Notes: generated from the sequence alone by a model not told the origin. A stretch of DNA of 64,000 bases from an uncultured delta proteobacterium (GCA_963753975.1 CAVWEH010000002.1:544001-608000), one strand, 5' to 3'; counted from the first letter of the stretch, positions 52,826-63,782 are shown. Program-made: numbers and translations.

Positions 52826-53566
52826 TTACAAATTGAAATTTTCCCCAAAGTAGAATTTTCGGGCAAGTTCACTGCAAGCGATTTCTTCCGGTTCGCCTTC
52901 AACAAGTATTTCCCCTTCGTTGACAATATAAGCCCGGTCACAACAGGAAAGGGTTTCGCGCACATTATGGTCGGAAACGATGATACCGATTCCCTTGTTT
53001 TTTAACTTGGCGATAATTTTTTGGATGTCGGCAACAGCAAGCGGATCAATACCCGCAAAAGGTTCGTCCAAAAGGATGTATTTGGGCGACGTAACCAGTG
53101 CCCGCGTTATCTCCACCCTTCTTCTTTCACCTCCGGAAAGAGAATAGGCATAGTGTTTCGCCAAAGAGGTAAGATCAAGTTCTCCCAGAAGCTCCTGAAG
53201 CTTTTCCTTTCTCTCTTCCTCCTGCATATCAAGGGTTTCCAATATGGCTAAAATATTTTCTTCGACGGTCAGCTTGCGGAAAACAGATGGTTCCTGCGGC
53301 AGATAATTTAAACCTTTGCGCGCCCGCTGATACATGGGATACAAGCTAATGTCTTCACCATTTAAAAATATTTCTCCGCCATCCGGTTTGATCAAGCCGA
53401 CTATCATATAAAAAGTGGTTGTTTTCCCTGCGCCATTGGGACCCAGTAAACCCACTACTTCACCCGGTGAAATCGATAAATCAATCCGATTGACTACTCT
53501 GCGCTTATTATAAATTTTGGTTAGTCCTTTTGCCGATAATTTACTTTTTGCCGATAATTTATTCAT
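52826..53566 (-). CDS. lptB: LPS export ABC ATPase
   Basis: GPNGAGKTTTFY, LSGGERRRVE, DEPFAGIDP, DHNVRE. Confidence 0.96.
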   Translation of the reverse strand: MNKLSAKSKLSAKGLTKIYNKRRVVNRIDLSISPGEVVGLLGPNGAGKTTTFYMIVGLIKPDGGEIFLNGEDISLYPMYQRARKGLNYLPQEPSVFRKLTVEENILAILETLDMQEEERKEKLQELLGELDLTSLAKHYAYSLSGGERRRVEITRALVTSPKYILLDEPFAGIDPLAVADIQKIIAKLKNKGIGIIVSDHNVRETLSCCDRAYIVNEGEILVEGEPEEIACSELARKFYFGENFNL

Positions 53567-54174
53567 AATTTTCCATCGCCCACTGATTCCTGCTTATTTT
53601 GCTCAATCTTTTTTTCCGGCGGATAAAGTACGGCTTTGACTCTTTCTTTTTTCTCCTGATCACATACTTCAACTCTGCCTCGTTTTTCATTCACGTAAAT
53701 AATCACTCTGCATCCTTTTATGGAATTTTTCCCTTCCTTGAGCAAAGCGTTACCGGTCAAAATAATCTGACCGGTATCATGATAATATACCCCCTCATCA
53801 CCGGTGGCGATTCTTTCTCCCTGAGTTACTGAAACATTTCCCTTTGCTTCAATTTTTTCCAGATCGCCTGTTCCCTCGATTTGCATTGTCCCGACTTTGT
53901 CATTTTTGGCGGGCTCTTTTTTATAATATAAAAGAAGCTGGTCTGCCTTCAATACCCGGTCTCCCTGCTTGGCTATTGCGTTACCGGTAAATATTATCAG
54001 CTTCTTTTCATTAAAAGCGTCCATGTGATCGGAATCAATTTCAATAGGTTCATTTTTTTTAATTAGATCTTCCGCAGCGACATTGTTATCTTGAGCATAA
54101 AGACGGGGGGAAACCAAAAGAACAATCAACAAGATAAAGAAGTATATTTTTCTATTAATCATTTCGTTTCTCAA
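53563..54174 (-). CDS. lptA: LPS transport periplasmic protein
   Basis: Signal peptide, OstA-like PIEI.SD...FTGN..A.QG; between lptC and lptB. Confidence 0.85.
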   Translation of the reverse strand: MRNEMINRKIYFFILLIVLLVSPRLYAQDNNVAAEDLIKKNEPIEIDSDHMDAFNEKKLIIFTGNAIAKQGDRVLKADQLLLYYKKEPAKNDKVGTMQIEGTGDLEKIEAKGNVSVTQGERIATGDEGVYYHDTGQIILTGNALLKEGKNSIKGCRVIIYVNEKRGRVEVCDQEKKERVKAVLYPPEKKIEQNKQESVGDGKL

Positions 54175-54729
54175 CTATTTTATTTTTGCTTTTACCATGG
54201 AGGAAAGCTTTAATTGTCCTTTCTTAATGAAAAGGGTGAGTCCCACACCTTTTATTTTCATGAATTTATTTTCCATGGTCACCGGCGCATCGGTAAAAAA
54301 TTTTCTTTCTTCTTCATTATAATTCAAATAATCGGTGTGAAACTTATCGCCGGTATCGGACGTTATTACCACGTTACCTATTATTTTAACGTCTTTCGTA
54401 TCCGTAAACATCTCGCCTTTATCCGCCGTCAATATGAAAGATTTTCCGTCAGGCATATTTATTTTTATTTGCACCCGGTCAAACAAAGCAAGATTCTTTT
54501 TTCTGTAATAAGTGGCGGTATCGGCCTTCATTTCCCATTGGGAAGCGCCTTCGCCGACTTCCGTGTAGACGAAGCCTTTAATTTGCAAGTCGATCTGTTC
54601 CGGTAATGCTTTTAACAAATCTTTCGTTCTGGTATCTTTAATTTTAAATATCACCGCGACAATAATTATGACGACCACGCAGGCGATTGCTATTGACGAT
54701 ATAAGTATTGTTTTTTTACTTAATTTCAT
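54175..54729 (-). CDS. lptC: LPS export protein LptC
   Basis: N-terminal TM followed by a beta-rich region; operon position. Confidence 0.82.
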   Translation of the reverse strand: MKLSKKTILISSIAIACVVVIIIVAVIFKIKDTRTKDLLKALPEQIDLQIKGFVYTEVGEGASQWEMKADTATYYRKKNLALFDRVQIKINMPDGKSFILTADKGEMFTDTKDVKIIGNVVITSDTGDKFHTDYLNYNEEERKFFTDAPVTMENKFMKIKGVGLTLFIKKGQLKLSSMVKAKIK

Positions 54730-54880
54730 TATCTCACCTAACTCCGATTTTCCCCTCTATAGCAAAAAGCATTTTTTGTTATATCATTCAAGATGTCGCC
54801 TGTAAAGATATAAGGAAGATTAGCGGAGATACCCGAGAAATGCTGTTGCTTTTATATAAGATATTCTACTGTTAGCCTTT

Positions 54881-55420
54881 TCAATCGTGCTTCGCAAACT
54901 CATACTTGGCGGCGATTTCCGGCCATTTGCCCTGGGCTTGCAAAATCAACTCACAAATCTCGCGCACCGCGCCGTGTCCGCCTCTGCGCTTTGTTATGTA
55001 ATCAACCGATTTTTTCACGACATCGAGGGCATCAGCCACTGCCGCGGAGAATCCCGCCCGTTTCAACACGGGTATGTCCACTATATCGTCACCTAAGAAA
55101 GCCACCGCGGTTGCCGGCAAATTATGTTTTAGTAAAATTTTTTCGAAGACATCCTTTTTGTTCAATGCGCCCTGATAGACATCAGCAATATCCAAATCAC
55201 GCGCCCGCAGTCGGACAACTCCCGATTCCCGCCCTGTCAGCAGCGCCACTTTAATCCCATAACGCTGGATTATCTTGACGCCGTGTCCGTCACGAACATC
55301 AAAATTCTTCATCTCGCGTCCGTCATCATCCATTATTATCCGGCCGTCCGTCATGACTCCGTCCACATCCAATATCAGCAGTTTTATGCCTTTGAGCTTT
55401 TCTTTAATATTTTTTTTCAT
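54881..55420 (-). CDS. kdsC: KDO 8-phosphate phosphatase
   Basis: LDVDGVMTDG, FDVRDG, GDDIVD, GGHGAVRE. Confidence 0.94.
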   Translation of the reverse strand: MKKNIKEKLKGIKLLILDVDGVMTDGRIIMDDDGREMKNFDVRDGHGVKIIQRYGIKVALLTGRESGVVRLRARDLDIADVYQGALNKKDVFEKILLKHNLPATAVAFLGDDIVDIPVLKRAGFSAAVADALDVVKKSVDYITKRRGGHGAVREICELILQAQGKWPEIAAKYEFAKHD

Positions 55421-55421
55421 T

Positions 55422-56243
55422 TCAGCCTTTCTTAACCATCTCGTCAATCTTTTTCAACATTATCAACAGTTCTTCCAGCGAATCGAGATACAAAGAATTA
55501 GCGCCGTCGCAAAGCGCTTTTTCCGGGTCTCGGTATACTTCCAAAAATATACCGTCCACGCCCGCGGCTACCGCTGCCCGCGCGAGATAGGGCACCATAT
55601 CCCGCTCGCCGCCTGATACTGTTCCTTCTCCTCCGGGCAATTGCACAGCGTGGGTCGCATCAAAGATTACCGGATATCCCATTTTTCTTATAATAGGCAA
55701 GGACCGCACGTCAAAAATAAGGCTATTGTAGCCAAACGATGTACCGCGTTCGGTAATCATAATGTTTTCATTGCCTGCCGCCCTCACCTTTTCTATGATA
55801 TTGGCGGCATCCCAGGGCGCCAGAAACTGCCCTTTCTTAACATTGATTACCCGCGCTTTTTTGGCAATTTCTATCACAAAATCAGTCTGACGGCACAGAA
55901 ATGCCGGCACCTGCAGGACATCCAACACTTGTGCGGCAGCATCAATTTCTTCAAAGCGGTGCACATCGGAAAGAAGCGGCACACCCAGCTTCTCTTTTAT
56001 TCTTTTAAGAATCGCCAATCCCTCTTTTATTCCCGGACCGCGGTAAGATTTAATCGAAGTTCTGTTGGCCTTATCGTAAGAAGCCTTGAAGATAAAGGGA
56101 ATCTTCAATTTAGCCGTAAGTTTTTGCAGATATTGAGCAACATCCAAAGCGGCTTTTTCATTTTCCAGAACGCAGGGACCCGCGATTAAAACGAATCCCG
56201 CGCTACCTCCGATAACAAAGTCCCCCATGTCGATTTGCTTCAT
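55422..56243 (-). CDS. kdsA: KDO 8-phosphate synthase
   Basis: IAGPCV, KASYDKANRTS, PAFLCRQTD, KKGQF, DATH. Confidence 0.97.
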   Translation of the reverse strand: MKQIDMGDFVIGGSAGFVLIAGPCVLENEKAALDVAQYLQKLTAKLKIPFIFKASYDKANRTSIKSYRGPGIKEGLAILKRIKEKLGVPLLSDVHRFEEIDAAAQVLDVLQVPAFLCRQTDFVIEIAKKARVINVKKGQFLAPWDAANIIEKVRAAGNENIMITERGTSFGYNSLIFDVRSLPIIRKMGYPVIFDATHAVQLPGGEGTVSGGERDMVPYLARAAVAAGVDGIFLEVYRDPEKALCDGANSLYLDSLEELLIMLKKIDEMVKKG

Positions 56244-58273
56244 GATTTATTACTCTCCTTGGTTTGTTTCTGTCTCTTTTTCTGCAAAAGTAGAATTTTA
56301 AGCTTGGGAATTTTTCTGGTGGCTTTTGCCGATTCGGGATTGAGTTCATAGGCGTTGGTGTATGCCTTTAGCGCCTCCTGATACAACCCTTTTTTCTCGT
56401 AAGCTTCTCCCAGGTTACTATATAGCTCATCATCCTCCCGGTCATATTTCAGCGCAATCAAGTAATTCTCAATGGCCTTATTCCAATCGCGGCGAGCGGC
56501 ATAAGCATAACCTAAACTGGAATAAGACGCAGCTTTTTTCGGCTCCAGAGCAACTATTTTCTTGTAATATTTTATTGCCGTTTCGTATTTTTTTTCTTTC
56601 AGGTAATACTGCGCAATAATACTTAATACCTCCTTGGTCGGGGGAGAGATTTTTTCATATTGGGCAATCGCTTCTTTTCCCTTGCCTAATTTGCCGTAGG
56701 TATAGGCTAAATTATAGTACACATTTGAACTTTTAGCGCCCTGTTTAATTGCCTTTTCGTAATTTTCGGCTGATGCCGCATACTTCTTTAATTCACCGTA
56801 GGCGAAACCCAGGCTGACATAAATCGAGGCTTGTTGGGGAAATTTTGCCGCCAATTTTTCGTAGTACTTTACGGCCTGGTCGAATTTCTTGTTTCTGAAG
56901 GCCAGATCGGCCAGGCGCTCCAGAGCGTCCGTATCTCCCGAATTGATTTTTAAGACCTGTTCGTACTCGTTGACCGCTTCCGCGTCCATTTTTCTTTTTT
57001 CGTAGGCCACTCCCAGGTTAAAGCGGATTACCGGTTCGTTAGGACTAAGTGAAACCGCCTTTTTCAAAGCTTCCAATTCTTCCTGCGGTTTACCTCGGCC
57101 GGCATAAGCCGAAGCAAGATTGGCGTACGCGGCGGCCTGATTGGGTTGATTTTTGATAATTTCCTTATAATACTTAATGGCCTGATCATATTTTTTGAGT
57201 TGCAAATAAACATCCCCCAAGGCAATCACGGCTGCATCCTTTTCCTTTTCTTTCGAATGCTCGGCAACATATTTGTATTGCTCGATCGCCAAACTCGTCA
57301 TCTTCTTTTTTGTATACGCCTCGCCCAACTTGAACCTTAGCGGATAGTTTTCGGGTTCCAGCCGCACCGCTTCACGATAATTTTCTATAGCTTTATCCCA
57401 CAGCCCTTTTCCCGCCAGGGCAAGGCCCAGGCTGATATAAACCTCCGCTTCCTGCGGACTTATTTTGACCATTTTTTTCGATACATCAATAGCGCGGTCA
57501 AATTCATCTTTCTTAAGATAACACTTGGCCAATTCGGCAAGAGCCGTGGTATCGTCGGGCTTGATCTCCAATATATCTTTGTATTGGCTTATGGCATCAT
57601 CGAGCCTCCCCTGCCGCAGGTAAATACCTGCCAGAATCTGGCGTACTCCGATATCCTGCTTATCCAAGGCTATAGCTTTTTTTAAATATTCGATTTGCTC
57701 TTTAATATTGCCCGAATCCTTGGCAAACCTGAGCCAGTCTTGCGGCATGATTTCAATCTTAAGCGGAACGGCCGCGATCATTTCATTTAGATAATTTACG
57801 CGAATTTTGTAATCGGTTATGACGGTTGAGTCTTGAGGCATAGATCCGCTTTTTATTATTTTATTGACCAGATCGACTCCGCGCAAGAGGACGCCGATAT
57901 CATTATCGCCCTTGCTTAATCCTTCGACAATAACTCCCGTGTATCTGCCCAGTAAATCGTCACTGACTACAGATTTCACCACGAATTCGTCCCGGTAAGT
58001 CAACTCCAGCATTTCATTCGCCGCCACGCGGATATTTTTGCCGTTTTTTTCCATTTCCAGATAATAGAAATGCGGCTTTTCTTTCAATACATAATAGGAA
58101 AAAGTATTTTTTACTCGCAAGGCCTGGTCACTGAAAGTTCGAATGGTCCGGGGATAAAAATAATAGAGAAAGGCAAAAGCCGCGATAAGAATAACCAAAA
58201 AAATCAGTATTCTTCCGATGGGAATCCGCCTTTTCCTTTTTTGCAATCTGCTATCTATAAGTCGATCAATCAT
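56240..58273 (-). CDS. Membrane-anchored TPR-repeat protein
   Basis: N-terminal TM followed by many TPR motifs (LG.AY...G.Y..A...Y.KA). Confidence 0.88.
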   Translation of the reverse strand: MIDRLIDSRLQKRKRRIPIGRILIFLVILIAAFAFLYYFYPRTIRTFSDQALRVKNTFSYYVLKEKPHFYYLEMEKNGKNIRVAANEMLELTYRDEFVVKSVVSDDLLGRYTGVIVEGLSKGDNDIGVLLRGVDLVNKIIKSGSMPQDSTVITDYKIRVNYLNEMIAAVPLKIEIMPQDWLRFAKDSGNIKEQIEYLKKAIALDKQDIGVRQILAGIYLRQGRLDDAISQYKDILEIKPDDTTALAELAKCYLKKDEFDRAIDVSKKMVKISPQEAEVYISLGLALAGKGLWDKAIENYREAVRLEPENYPLRFKLGEAYTKKKMTSLAIEQYKYVAEHSKEKEKDAAVIALGDVYLQLKKYDQAIKYYKEIIKNQPNQAAAYANLASAYAGRGKPQEELEALKKAVSLSPNEPVIRFNLGVAYEKRKMDAEAVNEYEQVLKINSGDTDALERLADLAFRNKKFDQAVKYYEKLAAKFPQQASIYVSLGFAYGELKKYAASAENYEKAIKQGAKSSNVYYNLAYTYGKLGKGKEAIAQYEKISPPTKEVLSIIAQYYLKEKKYETAIKYYKKIVALEPKKAASYSSLGYAYAARRDWNKAIENYLIALKYDREDDELYSNLGEAYEKKGLYQEALKAYTNAYELNPESAKATRKIPKLKILLLQKKRQKQTKESNKS

Positions 58274-58451
58274 TTATTCCTCAACGGTTGAATTTACCCC
58301 GCTGCAGAAAGCTCCCGTTTCCCGCCGGCGGTGAATGCTTTCTGCAAACCGCGGGATGTCGCGTTTAGGACAGGTGCCTCCGGCACCTGCCGAAGGGGCT
58401 CCACTAGTTAAATTTTTCCCAATCGAGGCCAGTCACTAAATATGCCGTCCG

Positions 58452-59343
58452 TCAGCTCCGGGGATGATATTTATGATGTATTTCTCTTAACCTTTCCCGT
58501 GTTATGTGCGTGTAAATTTGCGTCGTGGAAATGTCGGCATGTCCCAGCATTACCTGCACGATGCGCAAATCCGCGCCGCCTTCCAGCAAATGCGAGGCAA
58601 AAGAATGGCGAAAAGTGTGCGGATGAACCTTCTTTTGCAATCCGGCTTTTTTAGCATAACGGACGACTATTTTCCAAAAACCCTGCCGGGTAAATTTTCC
58701 TCCGAAACGGTTTAAAAACAATACATCCGTGCTTTTTTTTTGCATCAATTGCGGCCGGGCCTTATCTATATAAACTCTTACGCAATCGTAAGCGGTTTTG
58801 CCGACAGGAACAATTCGTTCCTTACTGCCTTTGCCCATAACAGTCACGAAGCCCACCTGCCAATTAATGCTGTTCATCGTCAAATTAATCAACTCCGAAA
58901 CACGAATCCCCGTTGCGTACAGAAGCTCCAGCATGGCGCTGTCCCGGAGCGCCAAAGGCCGTCTGGTCTCCCGGCTGAGATAAAATAACATTCATTTCTT
59001 CCTTGCTTATCGTATCGGGAAGCCGCATCCATACTTTGGCCAGTTCTATGTTGGCTAGCGGCGTCTCATCGATTTTCTTTTCTTGCAGAAGGAATTTGTA
59101 AAACCCCCGCATAGCCGCGAGCGACCGGTTCATGGAATTAGCCGATAATCCCTCTTTCTTAATCTGCGTTAAATATTCAATAATTACCTCCGGTGTAACT
59201 CCCGCAAGCTCAGTTATGCCTTTTTCCCCCTCAACAAACCGAAGAAACCGGCGCAAATCACGGCCATAGGCTTCCAGCGTATTTTGGGCAATGCCCCGTT
59301 CAATTAACAGATAACGGAAATACTTCTCCAGCAATTCCTGCAT
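58452..59343 (-). pseudogene. xerD: Tyrosine recombinase XerD, +1 frameshift near 58955 (probably a sequencing error)
   Basis: NTLEAYGRDL in one frame; LYATGIRVSEL, GKGSKER, HTFRHSFASHLL, LGHADISTTQIY in the next. Confidence 0.9.
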
Positions 59344-59457
59344 GGAACTTTTTAACGCAAATACGCCGGCGAAGCAAAGTTTTTTTATTGACTTATTTGC
59401 AAATCTCGTAAAAATGATAATGGAGAAATTAAAGAAAATAACTCTAGGAGATTTCTC

Positions 59458-59904
59458 ATGAAAAAAATCATTATTGCTTCCGATCACGGCGCCGTAGCTC
59501 TAAAAGCCGAAATTGTATCCTTTTTAAAAGCGAAAAATTGCGCGGTAAAAGACATGGGCGTAAATAGCGAAGATTCGGTGGATTATCCCGATATCGCTCT
59601 CGCCGCATGCAACGAATTTAAGACCGGAGGGTATGATTTCGGCATTTTGCTTTGCGGCACGGGAATAGGAATGTCCATCATCGCCAACAAAATCAAGGGT
59701 ATCCGCTGCGCACAAGTTTTCGACCTTTTTACCGCCGAGATGGCCAAAGCTCACAATAACGCCAATTTTATCGCTTTCGGCGGCAGAGTAAAATATTCCA
59801 TACCGGTTACGGAGATGATCGAAAAATTCATGAATTCAAATTTTGCGGGCGAGAGGCATGAAAGAAGAGTCGCCAAAATAATGGATATAGAAAACAAGTG
59901 TTAG
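59458..59904 (+). CDS. rpiB: Ribose-5-phosphate isomerase B
   Basis: SDHG, VDYPD, CGTGIG, HNNAN, RHERRV. Confidence 0.95.
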   Translation: MKKIIIASDHGAVALKAEIVSFLKAKNCAVKDMGVNSEDSVDYPDIALAACNEFKTGGYDFGILLCGTGIGMSIIANKIKGIRCAQVFDLFTAEMAKAHNNANFIAFGGRVKYSIPVTEMIEKFMNSNFAGERHERRVAKIMDIENKC

Positions 59905-59932
59905 AGCCCCGCTCATAACTCAGGTATCTGAT

Positions 59933-60794
59933 ATGGCGGAAGTTTTCGACAAAAAAAAGATTCGCCGGGTATTCCGCAACGTGCAAAAGCACCTGCTAAT
60001 CGGAGAATTAATCCGTCAATTTTCCACCAACAAAGAAGACATCAGGAAAACCGCCTTAAGCCAGATTGATTTATCCCATTGCCAAAATGTTTTGGAATTA
60101 GGCTGTGCTTTCGGGGCTTTTACCGAAGCCCTGCAAGGCAAACTTCATCCGCAGGCCCAAATCACCGGCCTGGATATTATTCCTGAATATGAGCACTTCT
60201 TTCTCGCAGCATGCCGACGCGCGGGTTACACCGGAACATTTTCCGCCGCCGGAGTCGAGCAGATTAAAAAGTACCCCGCCCGTTCTTTTGATTTGATCAT
60301 TTGCAGTTATGCTTTATACTTTTTTGTCGGTATGATTCCGGAAGTTTCCCGCATCCTGAAAAGAGACGGAATTTTCGTTAGCATCACTCATTCCCAATGC
60401 GACATGCAGGAGTTGGTAGAGATTATCAAAAAAATCATGAAGCGAAACGACTTGCTCAATGATAAATCAATCCCTGCCGATAGAAATTCTTGTCGGCCAA
60501 TTTTCCGCCGAAAACGGCGAGACACTTCTGGCTCCATTTTTTGGCCAAATACGGGCAATCGATTTCAAAAATAAGCTGGTTTTTCAGCCCCAGGAAATTG
60601 ATTATTTTCTGGAATATTTTCAGTTTAAAAAATCTTTTTTTCTGATGGAAACTGATGCCCACAAAAAAAATATAGTTGATAAGCTTGTGCGGGAGTTGAA
60701 AGATACAGCGATAGAGGGAAAGACTATCAGCATGTGCAAGGATGATAAGATTTTCATTGCTTCTCAACCCCTGATGCCGAAGGAACCATCATGA
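59933..60794 (+). pseudogene. Class I SAM-dependent methyltransferase, +1 frameshift near 60464 (probably a sequencing error)
   Basis: VLELGCAFG, GLDI, FDLIICSY; C-terminus continues in ORF 60459..60794. Confidence 0.8.
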
Positions 60795-61813
60795 AAAAAC
60801 AGCGCCAGCATTGCCTTTACTGCGGTCGTGCCACCATCAAGAAATATGAAGACAACGTCCGGCGGGACTTCTGCCCCTCCTGCCAGTCGTTTTTTTATGA
60901 AAATCCACTGCCGGTGGTTTCCGCGATTCTCGATTCTTCACGCCGGATACTTTTAGTTAAGCGCAGCCGGCCTCCATTTAAAGGTATGTGGTGCCTGCCG
61001 ACAGGCTTTGCCGAAGCGGGAGAAAGCATCGAAGATGCGGCCCTGCGCGAATTGCAGGAAGAAACCGGCATTAAAGGCCGGATTGTAAAACTCTTGGATG
61101 TTGATTCCTACAAGAGCCGCTTTTACGGCGATTTGCTTTTTTTGACCTTTGTCGTCGAAGAAGCAGGCGGAAAACTTGCCGCCGGCGGTGATAGTGAGCA
61201 AGCCCGGTTTTGGCCGGTAAACAAACTGCCGCCTTTGGCCTTCCCTCCCAATAAACGCGCCTTGGATGCCTATATAAAAAGCAAGAGGGATTACTGGGCG
61301 ATATTCGATTCTATCGAACACGCGAATGAAAAAACACCTTCGCCCAAGATAACAAAAAATCCTTTAACACGAAGGCTCGTCAATTTCATCCTGAAGAATA
61401 AGGAAGACATCATCAATCAATGGCTGGAAGACGTGGCGGCAAATCCGTCCACTACCGAATATCGTAGTGTGGAGAGCCGCACACTATATAATATCTGCGA
61501 CAGGATACTTTCCCAGATAACGCTCTGGCTGGGCGGCCTGCACGATGTTGACAGGATTAGGAGTTTCTACACCAAACTGGGCCGGGAAAGAAAAAAAGCC
61601 GGTTTTAAAATCAGTGAAGCGTTGAGCGCGCTCAGCCTCATCCGCAAGCACATTTGGACGTTCGCGCTAGCGCAGGATGCCCTCTCGAAAAATCTGGAGC
61701 TTTACATGACTTTTGAACTGCAACGGCAAATGACCATCTTCTTCGATCTGGCTACTTTTTATCTAACTCGCGGGTATGAAGAAAATAATGAGACTCAAGT
61801 TTCAGAAACATAG
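60791..61813 (+). CDS. Zn-ribbon Nudix hydrolase with an extra C-terminal helical (RsbRD-N-like) domain
   Basis: CLYCG...CPSC..YENP, GFAEAGE...AALRELQEETG; C-terminal I..QW...LGRER...GF.ISE. Confidence 0.85.
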   Translation: MKKQRQHCLYCGRATIKKYEDNVRRDFCPSCQSFFYENPLPVVSAILDSSRRILLVKRSRPPFKGMWCLPTGFAEAGESIEDAALRELQEETGIKGRIVKLLDVDSYKSRFYGDLLFLTFVVEEAGGKLAAGGDSEQARFWPVNKLPPLAFPPNKRALDAYIKSKRDYWAIFDSIEHANEKTPSPKITKNPLTRRLVNFILKNKEDIINQWLEDVAANPSTTEYRSVESRTLYNICDRILSQITLWLGGLHDVDRIRSFYTKLGRERKKAGFKISEALSALSLIRKHIWTFALAQDALSKNLELYMTFELQRQMTIFFDLATFYLTRGYEENNETQVSET

Positions 61814-61891
61814 TGAACTGAAACTTGTAAGCCGAATTAATGAAACTCAAATATTACAAACGCAGTGCAGTAATATTTGCTAGTTGAATTA
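61786..61891 (+). repeat. 54-bp hairpin-unit array, locus E (two units)
   Basis: Units 61786-61839 and 61838-61891 share a TA; the first supplies the Nudix stop codon. Confidence 0.9.
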
Positions 61892-61986
61892 TCCCGCTGT
61901 AGGCGGAGGAGATCGAAGATATCCGCGGTATCCCGCAGGCGGAGCCTGTCGGGACAAGATTCAATAATGCCCTTAGGAGGGTTGTT

Positions 61987-62629
61987 ATGGAATTCAAAGA
62001 TGCAATGAAACAAAGACGAGCCGTGAACTATTTTGATCCTACCAAAGACGTAACCGATGCCCAGATCAAAGATATAATAGAAACCGCTTCGCTCGCGCCT
62101 TCCGGATTTAATCTTCAGCCGTGGAACGTAATCGTTGTCAAGGATAAGGCAAAAAAAGAAATCCTGAGAAAGGTCGCGTGGGATCAACCCAAGGTAACTG
62201 AAGCGCCTGTTGTCCTGATTGTTCTGGGCGATCGTGATGGCTGGAAAAATGGCCACAGCACTTTTGAGAAGGATTTCGTCGAAATGGTTAAAATCGGCGC
62301 AATGAAAAAGGACCAGCATGACTGGTTTGCCGGTGCGGCAAAATCTATTTATGGATTAAACCCTGATCAGAAAATGGCGTTTGCCTGCAAAAATGCCGGT
62401 TTTTTCGCCATGTCGCTGATGCTCGCCGCCAAGAATGCCGGACTCGACTTCTCATCCGATGGACGGACTTGATGTTGAAGGCGTTAAGAAGGCTTTTAAC
62501 ATACCCGATCAATACTGGGTTCCTCTTTTACTGGCAATCGGTCATTTCGATAAAAGCAAAACTCTTCTTCCGGCAAAATGGAGAAAAAGCTATAATGAGA
62601 TAGTAGTGAGTTTTAATGACACTCGCTGA
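61987..62629 (+). pseudogene. Nitroreductase family protein, +1 frameshift near 62449 (probably a sequencing error)
   Basis: RRAVNYF, APSGFNLQPW; continues as SHPMDG...LLAIG in ORF 62435..62629. Confidence 0.87.
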
Positions 62630-62692
62630 AAACGAGTATCGCGAAGTTTGAAGCGTAAGTGGAATTATCCCAGGAGCGTAGCGACGCGGGAT
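62614..62692 (+). repeat. 54-bp hairpin unit, locus F (divergent), plus a trailing hairpin
   Basis: TAATGA-CACT-CGCTGAAAAC-GAGTATCGCGAA-GTTTGAAGCG-TA-AGTG-GAATTA (62614-62667). Confidence 0.75.
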
Positions 62693-62753
62693 TAATGACA
62701 CCTTAATCGAAAAAAGCGATGTTTGTATATTAATTGTTAGGAGTAATAAAAGA

Positions 62754-62995
62754 ATGTCAGAAAATGATTGCAAGTCGCTACCAGACGAGAGACTTATTAA
62801 AATGACAAAAGAACCTCCATCGTCATCGGATCATGTAAAGGCCGCTATTGAACTTCATAAAAGACAAAAAAAAGAGATGATAAGATATATTCTGTCGAGG
62901 ATTCAACTAGAAAAATGACCTTTATAATTCTTGTTGTCACAATCTTATCTTTCTTGGCTATTTTGTATCAATGCGTTAAGCTTTATGTTTACTGA
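62754..62995 (+). CDS. Small hypothetical membrane protein with a frameshift at the A8 run 62866-62873
   Basis: AGGAG RBS; adding one A joins MSEND...HKRQKK to DDKIYS...MTFIILVVTILSFLAILY. Confidence 0.4.
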
Positions 62996-63113
62996 ATTAA
63001 ATTCCGGGAACAGTATGCTAACTATTAAAATATCGTAATCGGATCACCTTTTTATTTTGTGCCGAACGTAGAACTGTTACTTCATTGATAATTGCGCAAG
63101 TACGGAGGTCTTT

Positions 63114-63782
63114 ATGTTTGGATGGATGAAAAAATCTGGTAAAAATGGCCTGGTGGCTGCTGCTAATAAACAATTTGAACTTTCTTTGCCCAATGTAATT
63201 CATTTTTTAGAGTTTATCGATGCCGACAGGAAAAAGTTAACCGACGACGACCTTTGGCTTCTGCGCTCGTATCAACTGAGCATCATACTGCGTTGCCTCT
63301 CGATGGAAAATGCCTATCAAAAAACTGGCCAAGACCATAACTTCAATCATTTGTTTGCTGTCACTATGACCCCTTTTATTCGGTCCCATCGAGATGATGG
63401 TGGAGACGCAATTCAATTCTTTGCAGAACAACAAGATGCTCCCAAAGTCGCTGAATTCATCTTGGATGTAATCGGGCTGAATGCGCCTAACCCTCTTTCT
63501 TATATTCAACTATTCTGGGATGAAGTATGCTTGGTTCCATGCATTTCAAAAAAACCTTTTGTCATGAATCTATATTGGGACCTATTTTGCTCCGCAGGAA
63601 TTGTCATTGAGGATGGCCTTGGTATTTCTAAATATAAGAATAAATTTGACCAAATACTCAGACATAAAGAAACTGAACTGCTCGAATTAAAACATATTGT
63701 GGACTCTGTGCCTTCTGCTGCCCCTGATATATACCATACCATGCGACCACTATTTCCAGGAAAGACAGATAACAAGAAATAA
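63114..63782 (+). CDS. Hypothetical protein
   Basis: 222-aa ORF with GGAGG RBS. Confidence 0.7.
   Translation: MFGWMKKSGKNGLVAAANKQFELSLPNVIHFLEFIDADRKKLTDDDLWLLRSYQLSIILRCLSMENAYQKTGQDHNFNHLFAVTMTPFIRSHRDDGGDAIQFFAEQQDAPKVAEFILDVIGLNAPNPLSYIQLFWDEVCLVPCISKKPFVMNLYWDLFCSAGIVIEDGLGISKYKNKFDQILRHKETELLELKHIVDSVPSAAPDIYHTMRPLFPGKTDNKK

Noticed and set aside
58452..59343. Prophage or island integrase
   Set aside because: Sequence and context fit chromosomal XerD, with no phage genes nearby
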